A stretch of DNA of 64,000 nucleotides, from contig JAAEQW010000090.1 of assembly GCA_024231025.1 (NCBI GenBank), positions 21,490 to 85,489 of the forward strand, given 5' to 3'. This DNA comes from Candidatus Omnitrophota bacterium (GTDB lineage: Bacteria > Omnitrophota > Gorgyraeia > Duberdicusellales > 4484-171). The notes under the pieces were generated by a model, which was given only the letters and a program-made list of their open reading frames with translations, ran no database searches and was not told the DNA's origin. The translations under genes and the position numbers were made by a program. This document shows, in pieces, positions 61,701-64,000 of the stretch; within the stretch, counting starts at the first letter, position 1; the number at the start of each line of letters is the position of its first letter.

Positions 61701-64000
61701 CAAGAATAATATCATTGTCAAAAAAGATGGGAAGTAAGCTATCGTAATACTTACCACTTGACCCCCATTTCTCTTCTGAGGTATCGCCAACCAAAAGACT
61801 AACGATATTAACCGGTGAGTCAATTTGTTGATTGACATAGTTAACTATCGCCTGGTATCGAGGTAAGTCTTTCTTTTTGATCGAGGTAAGTGTCTCATCT
61901 ACATGTCGCAAAATGACGACTAGTTCGGATTCACGCCAAGGTCTAAATAACTCTGAATTAATTTCCACCGAGAATTTGGGTAATTTCAGACAATGACCTT
62001 GCAGACTATGTTTCTGACTGATATACATCCATATTTTTGCGGGATGTGTTTCTGTATCCAAGTTTATGGGGTCTATACTAGTTGATCCTGGGGAAATTTG
62101 TTCTTGATAGCGCTGACTTAAATTACTGGCGGCATTAAAGATGTCATTGAGGACTCGGTAGTCAATTGTTTGGGCATTGTTTTCATAAGAAGTGATTACA
62201 TCGCTTAAGACACCGAGACCCTCGGACAAATCAAGACTAGCTACAACTTGCTCAATCGCCTGAGCCAAAGCAAAATCCTCTATCCCTATGCCTGGATGAA
62301 GAGCAAGCATCTGCTCTACTAGACTATAATCTGGTAAGGGGGCGGCTTTTGCTAAATTACGCAAGGAGTCTTCTAGCTCTTTCTGTTGAGAGAGAAATTC
62401 CTCCTTTGCTTTACCAACGGCGGTCTTTGAATGTTTCTTGAGACGCTCTATCTCTTCGTTCAACTCAAACATTCTTTCCTCTAGAGGTGATCGAGAAACT
62501 TCTTGTTCGGGTGGTTTGATATTTTCTTGTGAATCTTGTTGGCCCATTAATCTTTCATCATCCTGTTCAACATCAGAAGTTAAATCAACCTCTATCCACC
62601 CACCCCCCTTAGGATCCATAACTTCAAAGATCGCATGGCCTTCAGAGCTAAAAAGCTGCTTATTCCCATTTGCGTCCGATACCCCGGTAACTATTCTGGC
62701 GGGGATCCCTAAATAGCGGGCCAATAGCATGCCATACATCGCCAGAACAGAACATTGCGCAGTAATCTTTTCTCTTTGATCGAATGATTCGTCATCGAAG
62801 CCATGATTCAACCACCTGGCTGGGGGCACGCCAAACATCTTACCGGTTTCAATCCCCAACGAATAACGAAACCGATCAGCGATAATTCTAATGACCCCTT
62901 CAAGCCTAGTATTAAAATCTAATCTTCTAAACCTATCCAAGCGCTCTTTTAAAATATCCGGGGGCTGATCATCTTCGGGGAATTGCAAATAGTGTTCGAT
63001 AAGCTCCTCAACAGCCTGGAAGGTTTTGTTGGGCTTGCGATAATCTATCCTGTAAGAGACTCTCTTTGTTTCAGAACTTGATCCATCAAAATGAAGAATA
63101 ATGGTCCCATAACTATCCTGAGAAGAAGTAAACTTGTGGCTAGACTCAATGCTATCGATATCGATAGTGGAATTACTATCTGCCATCAATATCATGGTGT
63201 TGCCTACAACTTCTCTTGCAATCGTATTGGTTCTGCCTGTTTTTTCTCCTTGAGGAAGATCTTCAAAAGGCAATTCTGCCTGACGAAGGCGCCCATTTTC
63301 AACTACTGAATAGACTGCTTCTCGTAAAAAATTCACATTCTCTCTGGAGGTGGCGATAAGTGGCCCTTTCTCCTTTATCTGTCCACCTTCAAAATCGCTA
63401 TCTGGCAATGCCATGCCGCGAGGTTGATAAACCTCTACCACCTCTTCATAAGCACTTACCCCTAAAGCTTGACCACCAGATTTGATAACCTCTGCAAGTT
63501 GCGAAGCTTCAAGATAAGGAAGCCAAAACAAGATATGTCTGGGGGCATCACCACTTAAATAATAAAGTTCTTTAGCTTGTCCAACCGCAGAATCAAAAAT
63601 TGAGAACTCTTGATCACCGTCAATGCTATCTTCCTCTAAATCTCCCGCCAAATTGACCGCTGAACCAGCAAGACTTCCAGCAACGATCGCCATCGCCGAA
63701 TAACCAACCTTGCTCTTACGGAAACGATCAAAACCAGTACCTTTAGGACCTACCGAATCCAAAGAAGATTGGTAACGCTCCAGATTCTCGATGTAATTTT
63801 TAAGAAACTCTCTTCTGCGAAGCAACTTCTGATTTTCCGGATTAAAATCAAGTTCGGATTCGGCTTGCTCTTCTAAGTTACGGTATACTTCTAATCTTGC
63901 TTCGATCAACTTTCTCTGCCGGTCAAATACTTCTTGGCGCTGGGCCTGAATCTTGACAGCCCCTTCTTGATCATCCTCCCAATACTTTAGCGAATCTTCA
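55789..64000 (-). CDS. Giant multi-domain protein (more than 2730 aa; the reading frame stays open to the window edge, so the N-terminus is outside the window). It has a transglutaminase-like Cys protease domain (CSVLAMYGMLLARYLGIPARIV...GHAIFEV...GWIEVDLT, about 62550-62770), a coiled coil, about 25 tandem 31-aa PBS-lyase-type HEAT repeats (about 58540-60960) and a long helical region. It ends in the C-terminal module shared with giants 1 and 2 (GGIDISAGMLNIDE...PFDIKTFQGFTFQIIRIER).
   Basis: Continuous ORF; the listed Met is really a TTG and the upstream codons stay open to position 64000. The Cys-His-Asp transglutaminase triad context was read directly. The HEAT unit is ...LKDxDxxVRxxAAxALGxIGPAAKxAVxAL.... 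Confidence 0.85.
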   Translation of the reverse strand, partial: EDSLKYWEDDQEGAVKIQAQRQEVFDRQRKLIEARLEVYRNLEEQAESELDFNPENQKLLRRREFLKNYIENLERYQSSLDSVGPKGTGFDRFRKSKVGYSAMAIVAGSLAGSAVNLAGDLEEDSIDGDQEFSIFDSAVGQAKELYYLSGDAPRHILFWLPYLEASQLAEVIKSGGQALGVSAYEEVVEVYQPRGMALPDSDFEGGQIKEKGPLIATSRENVNFLREAVYSVVENGRLRQAELPFEDLPQGEKTGRTNTIAREVVGNTMILMADSNSTIDIDSIESSHKFTSSQDSYGTIILHFDGSSSETKRVSYRIDYRKPNKTFQAVEELIEHYLQFPEDDQPPDILKERLDRFRRLDFNTRLEGVIRIIADRFRYSLGIETGKMFGVPPARWLNHGFDDESFDQREKITAQCSVLAMYGMLLARYLGIPARIVTGVSDANGNKQLFSSEGHAIFEVMDPKGGGWIEVDLTSDVEQDDERLMGQQDSQENIKPPEQEVSRSPLEERMFELNEEIERLKKHSKTAVGKAKEEFLSQQKELEDSLRNLAKAAPLPDYSLVEQMLALHPGIGIEDFALAQAIEQVVASLDLSEGLGVLSDVITSYENNAQTIDYRVLNDIFNAASNLSQRYQEQISPGSTSIDPINLDTETHPAKIWMYISQKHSLQGHCLKLPKFSVEINSELFRPWRESELVVILRHVDETLTSIKKKDLPRYQAIVNYVNQQIDSPVNIVSLLVGDTSEEKWGSSGKYYDSLLPIFFDNDIILEWLNINDLSYGLFTKDYLNFLQTGNVSDDTMYTGGYQKRQEFFDKYVKGSLVNGFGSPTRADLASASVPDQQKVKDLYARLALMAAQKLGDQKVVKKEKSPQSAAAHKEKGKPDLEIIFNAIYNDSGRSVHAMVAGSVGLTDVAKIPETIAEIKKKGEITYETHDGQYFSELEGSYAINHYGFGIGEEYIVIEFSGEGLSEGYIYVTSVDPGQNEIQIPLDEVKKALGDISQSKITIKIFGTLKAKTSTTDAEVDRLIRGLKDPDPEVRADSADALGGVGSPAEEAVLALAEALKDEDKVVRSHSAWALGEIGPAAKPALAQLRKLAKDDSEEFVRTAAQEAIEKIEKGSAENAGVEDAEIDRLIKGLKDPDPEVRKDSARVLGKIGPAAKPAVSALIDVLKDPDSKVRVNSARALAAIGPAAKEAISALTKALKDGNKYVRWNSAWALGQIGPAAEPAVSSLIEALKDKDWVVRANSATALGEIGPAAEPALVRLRKLAKNDPDEEVRTAVQEAIGKIEKGSESVGTEDAEVDRLIKGLKDPDPKVRKDSARVLGKIGPAAKPAVSALIEALKDPDFKVRANSAGTLGDIGPAAKEAVSALIEALKDENKSVRRNSAGTLGDIGPAAKEAVSALIEALKDENKSVRSNSAGALGKIGPAAKEAVSALAEALKDEDENVRQNSAGALGDIGPAAKEAVSDLIGTLTDKNNDVSYNSAWALGEIGPAAKPTLTRLSDLSKQGFNEKLRTAAQEAIEKIEKGSAEDASVEEAEIDRLIRGLENVDYNVRSDSATALGRIGLAAKKAVPDLIERLADQKAKVRMVSSWALGQIGSVSDEVMLLLISTLEDSNHDTREGSAWALSYIGPAAEPALVQLRKLAKNDSKDFVRTAAQKAIEKIENSLEDVSIDQAMIDGLIETLNNPDPVVRAKSAKILGDIGPAAKKATSALIIALEDSDELVRANSARALGEFGIAAWAALPMLGKLKKNDDYEAVRYQAEVAIGKIDRAQDQEEPQESRMPNQQDIENLISSLVTQYMPFIDDERLRKEFFQKLEPIFLALEPGRLPTFVGQFLLSMDSVARDDAVGFIVKIIKKQASEFFSQNRALGMEAMGIFYRPFIDEDSLKEIKNELYILIAKTTSVFDFRDMNKPFDEKHYSNAFGVLVNIFDDEDIAQITDKTFWEVGEQTIEFMQDERKQIEALKVEELHSRQVADSGEAKKIDKLYQRYRKRHKEAMAVARQLRRTETYIDLTNIPRFISAARSVVTLIEATQSRKANEWIDEILAEGFLVLEELEASKEELSFYAVLLSTVLKIVEDPETTNKINTVTRGVFSRIPWQARLEVFAQVFRYGDDQTRNFALASLFSSLEDQTPEEIERQLRDSELLGLFTAFVIMHWGEYTELNPKLFLKLIPIAMDNLPRNWNDRDPLYADFAAGLKTLGVSELEANKSLVHYIFSTNRYKADIGEQLGRDINISLNLGKIFSLPLDLKISKDGALLNIAKSPGEEIFDLLVDVIAEYDRDITAFEEFASEVNLSQREKDVVLNEIKDMKGVREGARELFEPFVGRVIKAVLENDALPETNRYNRNLFELLRMIKTYVKVASPEEGQRLLEFYDRSLVENLIELLTKEQQDILRTLHDSGEIKLDEGYSLTDKGVSIDRNHLFSLYAAAEVSSKEKDFSVIAQSIYKNLLGHIAYTRKSKPGPLKRPSRRVIDVSEPKLSDGQFEELVDPRQELNFDKETLIEFLRSSPMDMEDADKFRNRQIRVYLSSQLPETMDACGRQEEDGSLSIIVNSNYINQDNFTFFALGEVIDHEWTEHIDEEEHDVAAQRQKRYFSENETQLTPYHAWVIERMSFEQLEALAEEYEDFHKDEWGKYEEMFYKIAQRKLSSFAPAITAGKKSVGAESNEVTTTPGGIDISAGMLNIDEVTVQNVGVQDAGGRKRRPYSGDFVVPFDIKTFQGFTFQIIRIERTPT
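58540..60960. repeat. Tandem 93-bp coding repeats (the HEAT-repeat array) with several units near-identical at the nucleotide level
   Basis: Recurring strings such as gctgcggggccgatatctccaagag(c/t)cccggcgctatt and ttcatccttcaaggcttcaatcaaagcggacactgc at 93-bp phase. Adjacent units at about 59600-59950 are more than 90% identical. Confidence 0.7.

Overview
AT-rich (about 35-40% GC) bacterial chromosomal window, almost entirely coding, mostly on the minus strand. The gene content suggests an uncultivated lineage; Omnitrophota-like lineages are known for giant genes, but this placement is inference. Three giant ORFs dominate the window: 3602 aa (9620-20428), 2083 aa (38194-44445), and more than 2700 aa (55789-64000, N-terminus beyond the window edge). 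All three are multi-domain proteins ending in the same roughly 55-aa C-terminal module, GGID..ML..(F/Y)..GFTFQII.IER-like. Giants 1 and 2 also share a roughly 400-aa TM-anchored N-terminal domain. That shared N-domain carries GC-rich palindromic elements inserted in-frame, comparable to Rickettsia palindromic elements, at non-identical positions in the two paralogs. The same hairpin families recur in intergenic repeats. Giants 1 and 2 are each followed, with the same spacing, by a minimal nucleotidyltransferase plus HEPN/HepT toxin-antitoxin pair. Enzyme-like domains inside the giants include a HAD phosphatase, a SLOG/LOG-like domain, a TraB/GumN/TIKI-like domain, a eukaryotic-like kinase, a HATPase, two SAM methyltransferase copies, an alpha/beta hydrolase, a transglutaminase-like protease, and about 25 PBS-lyase HEAT repeats whose units are near-identical at the DNA level. 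Housekeeping and accessory genes include fusA (EF-G), two bS21 paralogs, aldehyde dehydrogenase, citrate synthase, feoAB with a DtxR regulator, an ABC-F ATPase, patatin, a LysM-amidase, dprA, comM, yraN, spoVG, UDG family 4 and a complete MoxR-DUF58-BatABCDE operon. Signalling genes include five single-domain CheY-like regulators, a PilZ protein and a coiled-coil hybrid histidine kinase. No rRNA, tRNA or CRISPR array was recognised. Two sigma70-like promoters sit so close to their start codons that the mRNAs appear leaderless. A clear bidirectional terminator separates the convergent RRM and ABC-F genes.
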